A stretch of 64,000 nucleotides of DNA, taken from contig OZ365112.1 of the NCBI GenBank assembly GCA_977030845.1, positions 24,428,001 through 24,492,000 on the forward strand, in the 5' to 3' direction. The stretch is from Fimbriosthenelais zetlandica (taxonomy: Eukaryota). Made by a program: the position numbers and the translations under genes. Positions 13,001-25,000 of this stretch are shown piece by piece (the first letter of the stretch is position 1; every line of letters starts with the position of its first letter). The notes beneath the pieces were generated by a model that ran no database searches, was not told the origin of the DNA, and saw only the letters and a program-made list of their open reading frames with translations.

Positions 13001-16000
13001 CTTCTATCTTCTGTCTCCTTCATTCTACTGTCTTCTTTCTTCTCGGTTCCTCTTCTGTCTCCTTCTTCTCGTTCCTCTTCTATCTTCTTCATTCTTCTTT
13101 CTTCTCGGTTGCTCTTCCATCTTCTGTCTTCTTCATTCTACTGTCTTCTTTCTTCTCGGTTCCTCTTCGGTCTCCTCCTTCTCGTTCCTCTTCTATCTTC
13201 TGTATTCTTCATTCTTCTTTCTTCTCGGTTCCTCTTCTATCTTCTGTCTTCTTCAGTCTTCTATCTTCTTTCTTCTTCATTCTTCTTTCTTCTCGGTTCC
13301 TCTTCCATCTTCTGTCTTCTTCATTCTTCTGTCTTCTTTCTTCTCGGTTCCTCTTCTATCTTCATTTTTCCTCTTCTTTCTCTCCTCTGTTCAACTTCTT
13401 TCTTCTGTGTTCCACTTCATTCTTCTGTCTTCATCTTCTGTCTTCTCTGTTCCTCTTCTTTCCTCTGTCTTCTTCATTCTTCTGTCTTCTTTCTTCTCTG
13501 TTCCTCTTCTTTCTTCTGTCTTCGTCTTAATTCTTCTGTCTTCTCTGATCCTCTTCTATATTCAGTATAATACACATGTCTTCCATATTTACCTAAATAT
13601 CATAAACTTAAGCAAATACCATGAGAATTATCTGCAATAAAATAAACATATAACGTAGTCTCAATAAGCTCCATCTGCATTTATGTCCTAAAAACAAAGA
13701 AAAGTGATTTGAAATAATGAAAAATATTACTGTCATTGGGAAGCCTCATAAATCATGAGAGTTTCGGTGACTGATGCTTTGCTAACACGACAGTAGCTCC
13801 CCCTAGCCACCTATAATCACAGATATATACCAGAGGGGGCTTTCTCCATTCCTCTCCCTGTATTCAAAGGCGAGCCTATGGGAAAATGTATTTTCCGTGT
13901 TCATTTCTTGTTCAGGCGACCTGCGATCAGAGTCAATGGTAGAGAGGGTAAAAGTGTTAATGCCACGGGGGACCTAACCTTCACTTTCCACCACATTTCA
14001 CTTTGACCTTCCCCCATCAAGCCCGCCACCCTAACCATTCCCAGTGGGGCTAAATCAAGGAGCCTATCAGGGACCAACTTCATTTGCTATTAGTAATGGG
14101 CGAGGCAGCTGTCCCTCCATACAAAGTCCCTATTGAAGGCAGTAAATCGTCCAATATCAGCAGATTCAATCCGGTAAAACAGCCAAGTCTCTGGAAATGA
14201 AGTAAGATTAAGACATACCAAATCGCTGGAAATAAAATAGCCATTAAACAACTCTGCTATAGCCGGTCTGCATCTTGATTTAAAACAAAAAAAGAAGCAA
14301 TTAGTCATTTCAGTGGTTTATGGTTTCCTAACCAAACGATATAACCTTCTCCCTTACACTGAAATACAAAATTGATAAGATATCAGTCAATAAAATCATG
14401 CATGGCAGCTCCTTCAACACCTTCCTAGAAAAGATGAAAAAATACCAGCTCAGAACACTGGACATTAACAGGTTATTTCCTTACAGTTTTCTCTTTGGAA
14501 GATTATCTGTGAGAGATAAGATCTCATGAATGGAGAGCATGTGGTGATAGCGAGGAGATTATCTTTCCTCTACCTCCCACACGATATCCAAGTGACAGGA
14601 GTGTGTGAATTATTCCTAATGCTACAAACCCCTCAGCCTTCACTATGATCGATCACCAAGTCTAACCCTTTCATGTGTGATCCACTTACCTCCCCTCAAG
14701 GCCAGGATCTCATATCTACCTAACAAATACATTCATCCCCTTCCCCAAAAAACTCCCTTTTTTACTCATTAATCCAGAATGACTCTTTCGACTTGTAATG
14801 ATAAATTGGTGTTTTTCTGAGATTTTTCTAAAGAGCTTGGTTAAAAATGGGCCTCCGACAGCCGTGATATTCCCCAGACTCTGTGAAGTGGTTTCACTAA
14901 AGGTTGGTGAAGGAAGCTGGTTGTATTAACGTTCAATATAGCAGATGCTGTGGGTGAGAGGAAATGTTAGTGAAACACTGGGATATAACAAGCATCAGGA
15001 TGCAGGCGTGCAAGCTGCGGGATTTGAGACATTAAATCAATATATAGCCTAAACATCGAGAGGGGCTCTAATAAGCGTTACCATCCAACAGTATATCATT
15101 ACTTCATAACTACACCCAATCATTCATGCAAAATCCATTTTGGACGAAATATTTCTATATCAACGCTCCAACGATGACTGCTCTGGGAATCCTCAGACAA
15201 ATTGTAGAAACATCAATACATGGGTTCACAAAGTGGTATAAATTATACATGTACATTGGTTCAGCACAAATACATAATATATCAAAATATCAAAATAAAA
15301 TCTGCATATAAATAATACATTGTCAAAAAATCAAATGAAATAGCATAACACTGGAAAATACATCAACTGACCAATACACTTTTGTTTGTTACAATTAAAA
15401 ATAATGAGCTTTTTAACACAAGTTGAAGATGGTTTTGTGGATATACATAGACGCAATACTGAATCAATAATACACGAGGGAATCAAGGTATAATGTATGG
15501 GTTAACTCACCATTGAGGTCTGTTTGTATTTGCTCCATCTTCTGACGGAGCACCTCTGTTTCCTTGTTGAGCTGCTCTCGGCTGTCGGCGCCGTCTGACT
15601 TGATAGCATCATAAGAGTTATATAACCTGTGAGAGTCATGATCACGGGAGTCGCGGGCCAGCTCCCGCTCTGATCCTGCCAGCTTCTGTCCCGCCTTCTC
15701 TATGCCCACTTTCTGCTGGAGATCCACTAACAGTTTATGAGTTTTATCTCTGTCCTGTATAACAGATGACAGTTCTTTTCTCATCCTCTCTAAGTCCACA
15801 CAAGCTGTTTTCTTTTCAGACTCACACTTGTCGTGCCGCTTCTCTACATCACTCAGCTTATCTTGGAGCTGCTCCATTTCCCGGTGTACCGCGTCACGTT
15901 CAGACATGATGAGTGAGTACTCATGAACCACCGCGTTACGTTCACTACGTAAACGACCAATGTCCTTACTGGTCTTGATCGTCTCAGAGATGGCCTGCTT

Positions 16001-19000
16001 CTGGCTTTTCTTGTACTCGTCTCTCTCCATTTTAGATTTCTGTAGGTCTTTCTCTGCCTCTCGCGTTTCATGGAGGGCGTTATGCCACTTCATGATGGCG
16101 GCCGTACACTGCTGCTGTAGACCTTTACGTTCACCTATAGCCGTGTTCAGCTCACCGACCACCTCCTCATACTGGGACCTCAGACGTTTACACTCATCTT
16201 GACTCAGCTCCATCTTACTGATGTTAGCATTGTGCTGCACGTTCAAGTCATTGTATCGTTTACGTAGATTCTCATACTCTTGCTTCATGAACTTGTACTT
16301 GTCGAGGGCGGTGTCATACATGGTATTGAGCACCTCACTTGAGCCACTCTCGCTGATGGCCTCTCGTTGGTGTTTCTGCAGCTCCTCTATCTCTACCTGG
16401 TCCTGTTTGTGCACTCTCTGGAGCTCTATCACTTCTTGCTCATAGCGTTGTTTGTCAGCCAGTATGGCCTTACACTGGGCCCGTATAGCAGCAGTTTCAT
16501 TGATACTCTGTTCCATCTTGTCTTTGGTTAGCTTGTATTTGGATCTGTACATGTCAGCTTCTTTCACAGCCTTATCACACTTGGTGGCAGTCTCCACGTG
16601 TTGTTGTCTGAGGGACTGGAGCTCCTTGCCCACCAGATCACATTTAGATTGGAGCCTGTCATAGTCTCTGTGCTTGTCTGTAGGACCTAGCACGATATCA
16701 CTACTAGAGAAGTAACCTGTCCTTTCTGTGGAGGTGGTAAGACCAGCCCCTGCCCCTATAGGCAGGATGGTCTTACCTCCACCACCACCACTGGTGGCAT
16801 CTGTGCTGCGCCTGATCAGGTCAGTGGTCATGATATGTTTGTGAGGTTCTAACTTGGTTGACTGCATTTTGGAGAGTTCGTTGCCGATTGGATCCCGGTG
16901 GTCCCGAATCACATCGCGGTCGCTCGCCACTAACTTGAGCTCGGCTTTTAGCATGGAGACACTGTTCTGACGGAAGTCGACCTCGTGGACTGACATGGGA
17001 CGCGGGCGTGGGTGTGCAGCGGGGTGTGGGTGTAGGGGTGGGTAGGAGCCAAGTAACACCTGGGAACCTCCCCCGCCTCCAGGATCATCTTCTGAAAAAA
17101 TAAAAGTAAAATCATGAGTAAAAATGTTGATCAAGGTATAGATAAGCAACATGAAACATAAACTGTAACAAATAACCAATAAACTTTAAAAAGCTTCAAT
17201 CCTTCTTGGAAAATTAATGATAAGAATATGAAAGGTATATTAAAGAGAATATTAGATTATGTATAGCAATGTGTGAGGACACGATTAGATTGCCATGGGG
17301 AGGCAATACCCGCCTACATACAGGAGCTGGGCTGGGATATAGACAATATCTATATGACCTGACATGACCTGGTGAGACTACATCTTGATAGCCTGGTTAT
17401 GAAGGAGTATAATCCCTCCAGGGGGCGGCCCTGGAGGAGCCAGACTTTACATTGATTCAACCTGACACAACTCGGGTCATACCCACCCCCCCATCCACCA
17501 ATCTCTCTCCCCACCTTTCCCAGAACTCCCAATCACCCCCGGGCCAAATCTTAACCCGAGCAACATCTCTATGACAAGAAGCCGGAGGTCGTCGGGGCCA
17601 GATGATTGGATCACTAGATCTGGTCTCATCCAATGATTGAGATAGCCCCGGTATCCCCGGAGATAGTATCCCTCGGTAGTCCGTGACGTGAAACTCAAGA
17701 TAAATCAAATACACTCAACCATGATATCCCTCTTTCTTACCCCATCTCTATTCATTTACCCTCTAATTTGTGTTTGAGCCTCTGAGTGTTTACTGCGGGC
17801 GGTCTGAGGCATACTTGAGAGGATGTTTCTTTGCTTTCTCTTATTGGTATTCTGGTCAATATTGCCGGAAGCTTGGCTTTTTTGACAGGCTTCTCCCCAT
17901 GGCTTTTCACAGTGATCTACTCACGATGACTGGTGGTAAAGCTACAGGATTCCCAGTTGTTACAGACGTGAGAATTATTGATTTTCACATTACCAGAGGC
18001 GGCCTTTTCAATCATGCCAACTAGACGGCTAAGATCCGGCGGGAGAAACTGGAGGGAGAGGAGGAAGAGGAGGCGGAGGATGGGGGAAGAGGAGAAAGGG
18101 TGGAAGAGGGAGAAGTTGTGGCGTGGGGAAATTGTTACATCCTCCCTGAGAGGGGGAGGAGACAGGATTTGCCCTTCCCGCTCAGGGATTAATCCCAAGA
18201 CTTTCTCAAGGACTCTCGCCAGATGTCGCCTGTCCTCGCGCTCTAATGTTGCCTGCTGAAGAAGGGCTTTTAAGGCGAACATTGGATCAATGGGCAAGGA
18301 TGAGAAATGGGTCGCTATATGGGCTCTTTCTGCACCATCTCTACTGGCTTTCTCACATACAAGTCTGTTTATACATAGGAACATTTTTAACAAGGAATAA
18401 TTGAAAATATGTCTAATTAAAACAGATATAACTATTAAATGTAAATTCAAATATTTCACAAGATTGGCTATCATTATATCACATCGAACAGAGCAATACA
18501 TTTGTAGATCAAGATAGGACTATGGCTAGTTCATGTAGAATACTTTTATATGGTAAATGCTCAAGCACTGTGTATGTGGAGGAGAATATGAAAGCGTAGT
18601 GCTTTCATGAGGCCCAACTGTCACGCCATGCCCAATGACTGGTCATAGTGAGAACAAGCCCCTAACAACCCCACCCTCAAAAACATGATGCATCTTTATC
18701 ACCACAATTCAGGCAGCTCCTCCCACTCCATCCTCAACCTAAATAATTACACTCACACGAGCCAAAAGCAAACACGAGTTGGACCTAGGAAACAATAATC
18801 TCTTTTTTCCATCTCCTTTTCAGAACACAAGAGTCCCTGGGGGTTTCTTGTGCAATTTAGGGTAGGAACGTGATCAATATGTGAATTCTCCCAGGGCATA
18901 TTAATCGCGCGTTCAGTCATTGTCAAAGTAAACCTTCCATGTAATAGTGGGAATCGTTCAAGAAGTACGAGCAGAAGGACCGGCAATGGCGCCTGTATGA

Positions 19001-22000
19001 GTAGATACCAAAGCTGGAAGCCTTGTGTATGTCCTCAAGTCAGGCAAGAATGATATTCAAAGGAAATGACATAGCCTCAGCCTGATTAGGCCTGAGGCCC
19101 TTCCCACTTAACTGGTCGTCCCTGGGGGAAGCGTAGTATGTCTGTACAAAAGCTGACATTACCATACAAGATTACGACTTACTCCCAACTTGCTCCACCT
19201 ATTTATCTCCAGGCCCAGGCCTAACCAGAATCTAAGAGGTTTTGCTCATCAAGTTCAGCCCGCTGTCAATGCACTCCCGCACTGACCTGTATGCCCAATG
19301 GTTACCCGTCCAGTAACATTGTTAGCAGAGCGTGGGAGAAATGTCTGTCCACCTCACAATTGAGTTTGGCTTGATTCGCTCCTGAATGTACAAAGGCATT
19401 TGGCTGAACTGCCAACTAGTCAACCATAGTGGGAACTTCTAATGCCATTCTTTTATATATAAAGTCTTAAATCAGAAATAGAAACAAAACTAGTTCTTAA
19501 AGACCAAAAACGCAAGAATTTAGAATGTTGTAAACCTAAAGTTAGAAATTTGATTAATCACCCATAAGTGGGGTGCTTTGGGACAATAAGTTGTTTCTGT
19601 ATGAGCTGTGGAATGGTTAAGCCACCGAGTTTTTAGTGATTCTAACAAGATTTACAACTAGAATTACAGTGGGTGGCCTTGCTGGCCAGTAGCCAGGGTC
19701 AGCCATGTGGGGAGATAAGTCCCGGCCGGCATTTACTGTGAGTTATATAAGCGCGTGTGAGGAGAATTCCCCGGGCTTGATGAATAAGCTTCATAAGACC
19801 TGAGTGTGACAGGCATCTGTGTGTATTACAGGCATTACCCCATCTACTGATTACTCCCAACCATGTAACGCCTCTCATCTCAGATTTGGCTAACACCTAG
19901 TACATGCATGCCATCCAATAAGGGAACATTATATAATCATCTACAGGACAATGTCAATGGTAATGCATCATGAAGAAACCTGACACAATCTGTTTACCAT
20001 ACGTCAAGCTAAAAGCTGCAAGAACTTACTGGATTCTTACAGCGAAAAGAAGTGGGTTTGGGGGAAAGAATAAGCGGTTCTTTGCATGTGTGTGGTCTTG
20101 GGTGTTTGATGTTTTGCCTTATTTGCAATGAGCCAAGTCCCCACAGCCCTGGTATTTACCTAAGCCAGAATAAGCCTGCTTGAAGGAGAGCTAATTTCCT
20201 ACGTTTAAGCCCTGGAACAACATTGATGGAGGGCCCCAACGGGTAGTGGTCAAGTATATGTGAGGGTGTGTACACGAGGCTTGATAAAGGATGAGGGATA
20301 TAGAGGAGAGGCTGGGTGCTTTATAAGATAGAGTAACTTTTATTATCTCAGTTTCTATATGCTGCTCAAAGGAGGCAATGTTATGATATGGACGGTTTGG
20401 GGTTTGATGGCCTGGCTTCATGAGTGCTTGAATACTTCCTATAAACATTGTGAAATGTAAGATCAAGTAAGAGGTGGGGTTTGACAATCACCACAGAATA
20501 CAGTTGGATTAGAACAAAGCAGAGAATGCAGTGAATTAATGTAACTATCCACCCCTTGTTGGGAGTGGATTTGGTTTGGGTATAGGTGGTACGGATCAAA
20601 ACAGACAGACAGGTGTTGGCCACCAATATCACAGTACACCACCAATACCTACCTCCGATGATCCATCTTCAACGTATCATCAGAGGATTCACTCATGACA
20701 ACCCAAGCTTTCATCAAGAGGGAGAAGAAGACAAAGTCCAGAGCTTGGTGAGCAGGAGAGAGAATAAAGGAGAGATGGAGGAGGAGCAGTGGCGATACAA
20801 TGTCTCTCGCCTTGCCGCTGTCGCTCCGTCCACGAATCCAGAATATGGACTCCAAGAATTTTCTTCATGATCTTCCTTGTTCTTCCGTTCCTCCAGATAA
20901 GATATCCGAGGATGGATGAAGCGAGGAAGAGATGAGATAAGACAAGCCATGTCCAGGCTCGACTAGCTCCGAGTAGCTCACCTGGAGAGCACCTCCAGTA
21001 GGTATGGCTCTATCCCCTCACCTCTCTCCCTTCATATACTGAGGGATTTGCGTCACTCTTGACGTCTGAGGCACAGGTACATGTGAAGAGTGGAAAAGTA
21101 CAGGACACTTATAAGGGATGTGCCTTATAAGGGGCACACCGTATAAGGGATCTCCCTTATAGGGAAACCCCTAAATATGGATGTTTGACGTCAATTCCCA
21201 GTAGGAACTTGTTTGTCGCAGACGGTTCCACTTATTTCCTGTGACTATTTTTGAGTTTGATCAGCGCCTTAGCTTATTAGTCCAGTTCTCACATGTACAG
21301 AAGCGAGTTATTCTTGGCCACCATCTTCGTCAACACATTGTATCCGGAGGCAAATAAGCCTGTTTTTAGAGCAGACACGGGAGCTATTTTGGGATGAGGC
21401 TCTTATAAGCTCAATGTTTTCCTGCCGGAAGCCTACAGTTGCATGTATAGATATGGAAGTATTCCGATGTTAAATTTAGAACAGATGTTGCCACAATTAG
21501 CTCCCAATCATACCATTACAGTAGGCCTACCCATGTTTTGGCGATATATATGCTTCGGAAGCCATATTCCAACCGGAAGCCTAACATTGCATAGTAAGGA
21601 AAGGCTATATTTAGAATGATCTATACGATTTCTGCCTGCAAAAGGTATATCGCACAATAGCTACTTTGGGTTACAATACAGGCTAATGGTAATAGCATTT
21701 GTGGGGCCCTGCTACTTGAGGATGGAGCCTGAGAAAGGAGCCACTTTTTACATACTACTCACACTCCCCTACAGTCACCAAGGTCCCGACTCTCTCCTCC
21801 ATATTAGCCATTAAATAGCCCTCCATCAAGAAACACAAAATGCTGCTTGTACACTAGGGAACCCCGATGCTTCAATTTGCATTATACTCTAAATTGAAGC
21901 TCACAGGTAGCGGCAATAGTGTCTGTAATTATTAGACAATCTCAGAAGGACAATCAATAAAGCAATACTCTCCAGGGCAGCAGGCGAAACAGTATATAGA

Positions 22001-25000
22001 TGCCCCCTACCAGCCAGCCAATTCTGGTCTCACAGAAGAAACATAATTTACACCATAATAACAAGAAGACATATAGACAAATCCCAGCGCTCCACTTGTC
22101 TCTACCAGCCAATAACGGCCATTTCCATATACTTCTTACAGTCCTCCCCCTGCTACTGCTCCTCCACCCCCTGGCCGTGTGTACCAGGTCTAATTCTATT
22201 ACAGCCGGCCCCGGCCCTGTATCTTCATGCCAAACATGCCGAGAGGGTCTCACAAGGTGGACAGACAAGCAATGCAGATCTACCCGGCCACAAACCCGCT
22301 CCCATTAGGGGTCAATATGCCGATAATTTCCGCCCGTGTATGTAATCAAATCTACATGCAATCTGCGCCTGTGCGGCACTGATTGGGCGAGGTGAACTCA
22401 CATCTTGTACACCGAATCTTCCCCCCCCCCTGCCTGCTCATATTCCCCCTGGTTAAGAAATGCCTCCAAAACATAAAGCAAACAAATTTCCAGCAATATC
22501 TAATAGGATACAAACTATAGCTGATGCAATCAGGCAGCAAATCCTCCCTGCAATCAGCTTTTTTTTGGCAAAACCCTGCAGGCTGATTGGGGAGACATTC
22601 CCAGCAAAGTAAGCCTGGGTGTAATACATTACGAAAGGTGTAGAAAAAGCTGTGAATTCAAATTGTGTCAGAGACCACTGGGTCTCAGAGTTCACGGGAA
22701 AGCATCACTCTGATTAATGAAAGCAGTGCAGGTCTTCTATAATCTTTCCTAAACAATTTTGCATTGATTCGAGAGATATAAAGTTATGCTACATTAGTCC
22801 ATAGACTGCAAGCCCTTACTGCAGGCATAAGCTAAGCTCCCTCAACAGTAAATCTTATCTTAATACAGTAATGACGTTCTCAATGACAAAAACCCTGGTA
22901 AGGACCATTTGCAACAGGAAAATCATGCAGTAAAAAGGGCATTGGGTAATACAGATGCAGGCAAGATTCTATCTTGTAAATCAAATATAACCAGGGCAGG
23001 AAAATCACAGCGAATAAAGAGGACATAGCTCATTCACTGCAGGTAAAACAGAGCAACCCATGGCCTGCAATGCTGCACAGCAGCTATAGTTAACAAAGTA
23101 TACACTAGCTCTGTAACAGATACCAGCCTAAACACGGGGTGGCATAGATAGACATAGCAAGGCTATACATGGTGTGAATCACATATATATACAAGGCATC
23201 AACCACTTAATATCGGCACCAACATATACCATAGCCAGCCCCATAAAGTCTAACAAGATAAAATGCCCACCGCTTAAACCATTATTGGCAGAGGCGATTT
23301 TCTACGCGCGACACAGGCTTGTTCTGCCCCCCTCGGGGATGTCTTTTTTGTTAATTACACCGTGTCGTTAGAACTAATTGCTTTCAGGAAGGCAGGGCCA
23401 TCAATTAAGGCCTGAAATCTAAACTGTAGTTTATCACCAATGGCCTAAAGTGTGAAGCGTTGGCTGTATCAATAGCTGAGCTTTCAAGACAATGGGGAAT
23501 ATATGCAGCAGTAATGGGGGGATTTATAGTGAAGGTTTCAGTGTAAATGGATTGGGTGAAGGTGTCACAAAGGTATGTGAGATTATGATTCAGTATACGT
23601 ATAATGGTACAAGCTACAGAGAGGAACGTTAATGCATGTGTTAATGCCACAAACGATTGGAATATTTTAACAGATATGGCAATATAAATACCCCTATCAA
23701 TAATTAACGATACCACAAGGGGAATGATCGTTACACATTGCACGGGAAAAGTACATTAACATCACAGATTCCTATGATATGAATAGACATCACGAAGGAA
23801 TTTGGATAGATGGTATGTTAAAAATCTAAAAAAAAAATCTAAAATAATAAAGTCAAGTACAGGGAAATGAAATACAGAGGAACAATCAATAATTCCTCAA
23901 TGCATTCCACACAGAGAGAAAAATACGCATGCCTGTGACAATGACGATAAGGTTCATTAAGAGGAACCAAGTAATTAAAAGAAAGAAAGAGCAATGAATC
24001 AATAATGCAAGAATGGCTGGTGAGAGGCAGTGATTTAGACTTGATGAGAGTGGTATTCATCGGAGCAAATCACATACATGCCAGATTATCTGTGATATGT
24101 ACGGGCAGAGATATCCTCACTCATACATATAGAGTGGACTGATTACAAGGATACGGCAGCAAAAGAAATCGATAAACATATCAGAAAAGATGAGGCAGCG
24201 ATTGTCAAATGTAAAGCGGTTAATTAGAGATGCATGCATGATATGATGAGGCCCGGCCAGACACAAAAGCCATTAGATGATCATCTGAACGAGCACCAAC
24301 GACCATCAATGGAATGTGATTTACAAGGCCAAATTAGCCATGCTGGAATGAAGCAAGGTTCTTGAAAAAAAGAGCTCTTCATCAGCCAATGGTCAATCTA
24401 TGGGCTAATGAGGCCTTTTCAAGAAACAGCTCGTAGAAGTGGGCCAATTAGGAGAGATCTTGAGAGACAAAAAAGACGTGATCCAATCAAACGTGCACAA
24501 GGATATACAAGCTATATGCGAGCGAGAGAAGTGGTGAGAGATGTTACAGAGATATAGTATGCACACCTGGTGCATAAAGAAGGTACAGCGGTACAGACTA
24601 TGCAGGGACTCCTGGCAAAAAGTGGTGAGAGATTTTGCAGAGATGTAAGTAATGCACAATTGGTGCATAAAGAAGGTACAGGGGTACAGACGATGCTGGG
24701 ACTCCTGGTAAACATGCAAAAGGATATAAACAAGTTATAAGCGACATGCAAAAAAGTGGTAAGATTTGGGGCATTCGCACATTTTGAGTGCAAAAGGGTT
24801 ACAGGCAGTACAAGGACAATACAGGGACAATACAGGGGTGATACAGCAAGTCATGGGGCGATGACCTGTCAATACAGGTACATGATGTAGTAGGGGTCAT
24901 TTGGTTGGGGGAGGGGATTTGGCATTTCTTATGGAGTGCTTTGCATCAAGGTTTGGCATTCTATTTTCATATTGGTGTTGGTATGACGTGTCTGGTAGAT

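Noticed and set aside
12383-13570. 395-aa and 368-aa + strand ORFs
   Set aside because: Artefacts of an A-poor pyrimidine repeat that rarely forms stop codons; the product is low-complexity S/F/L.
7828-16664. + strand and alternate-frame ORFs overlapping the large DLG5 exons
   Set aside because: Shadow ORFs of GC-richer coding sequence with no independent evidence.
19322-19399. MPLYIQERIKPNSIVRWTD, resembling a Merlin/ISXO2 transposase motif
   Set aside because: Only 25 codons, and the downstream NH...GxHT motif is not recognisable in any frame.
19650-19900. Possible tRNA-derived SINE
   Set aside because: No convincing A/B boxes on either strand and no second copy in the window.
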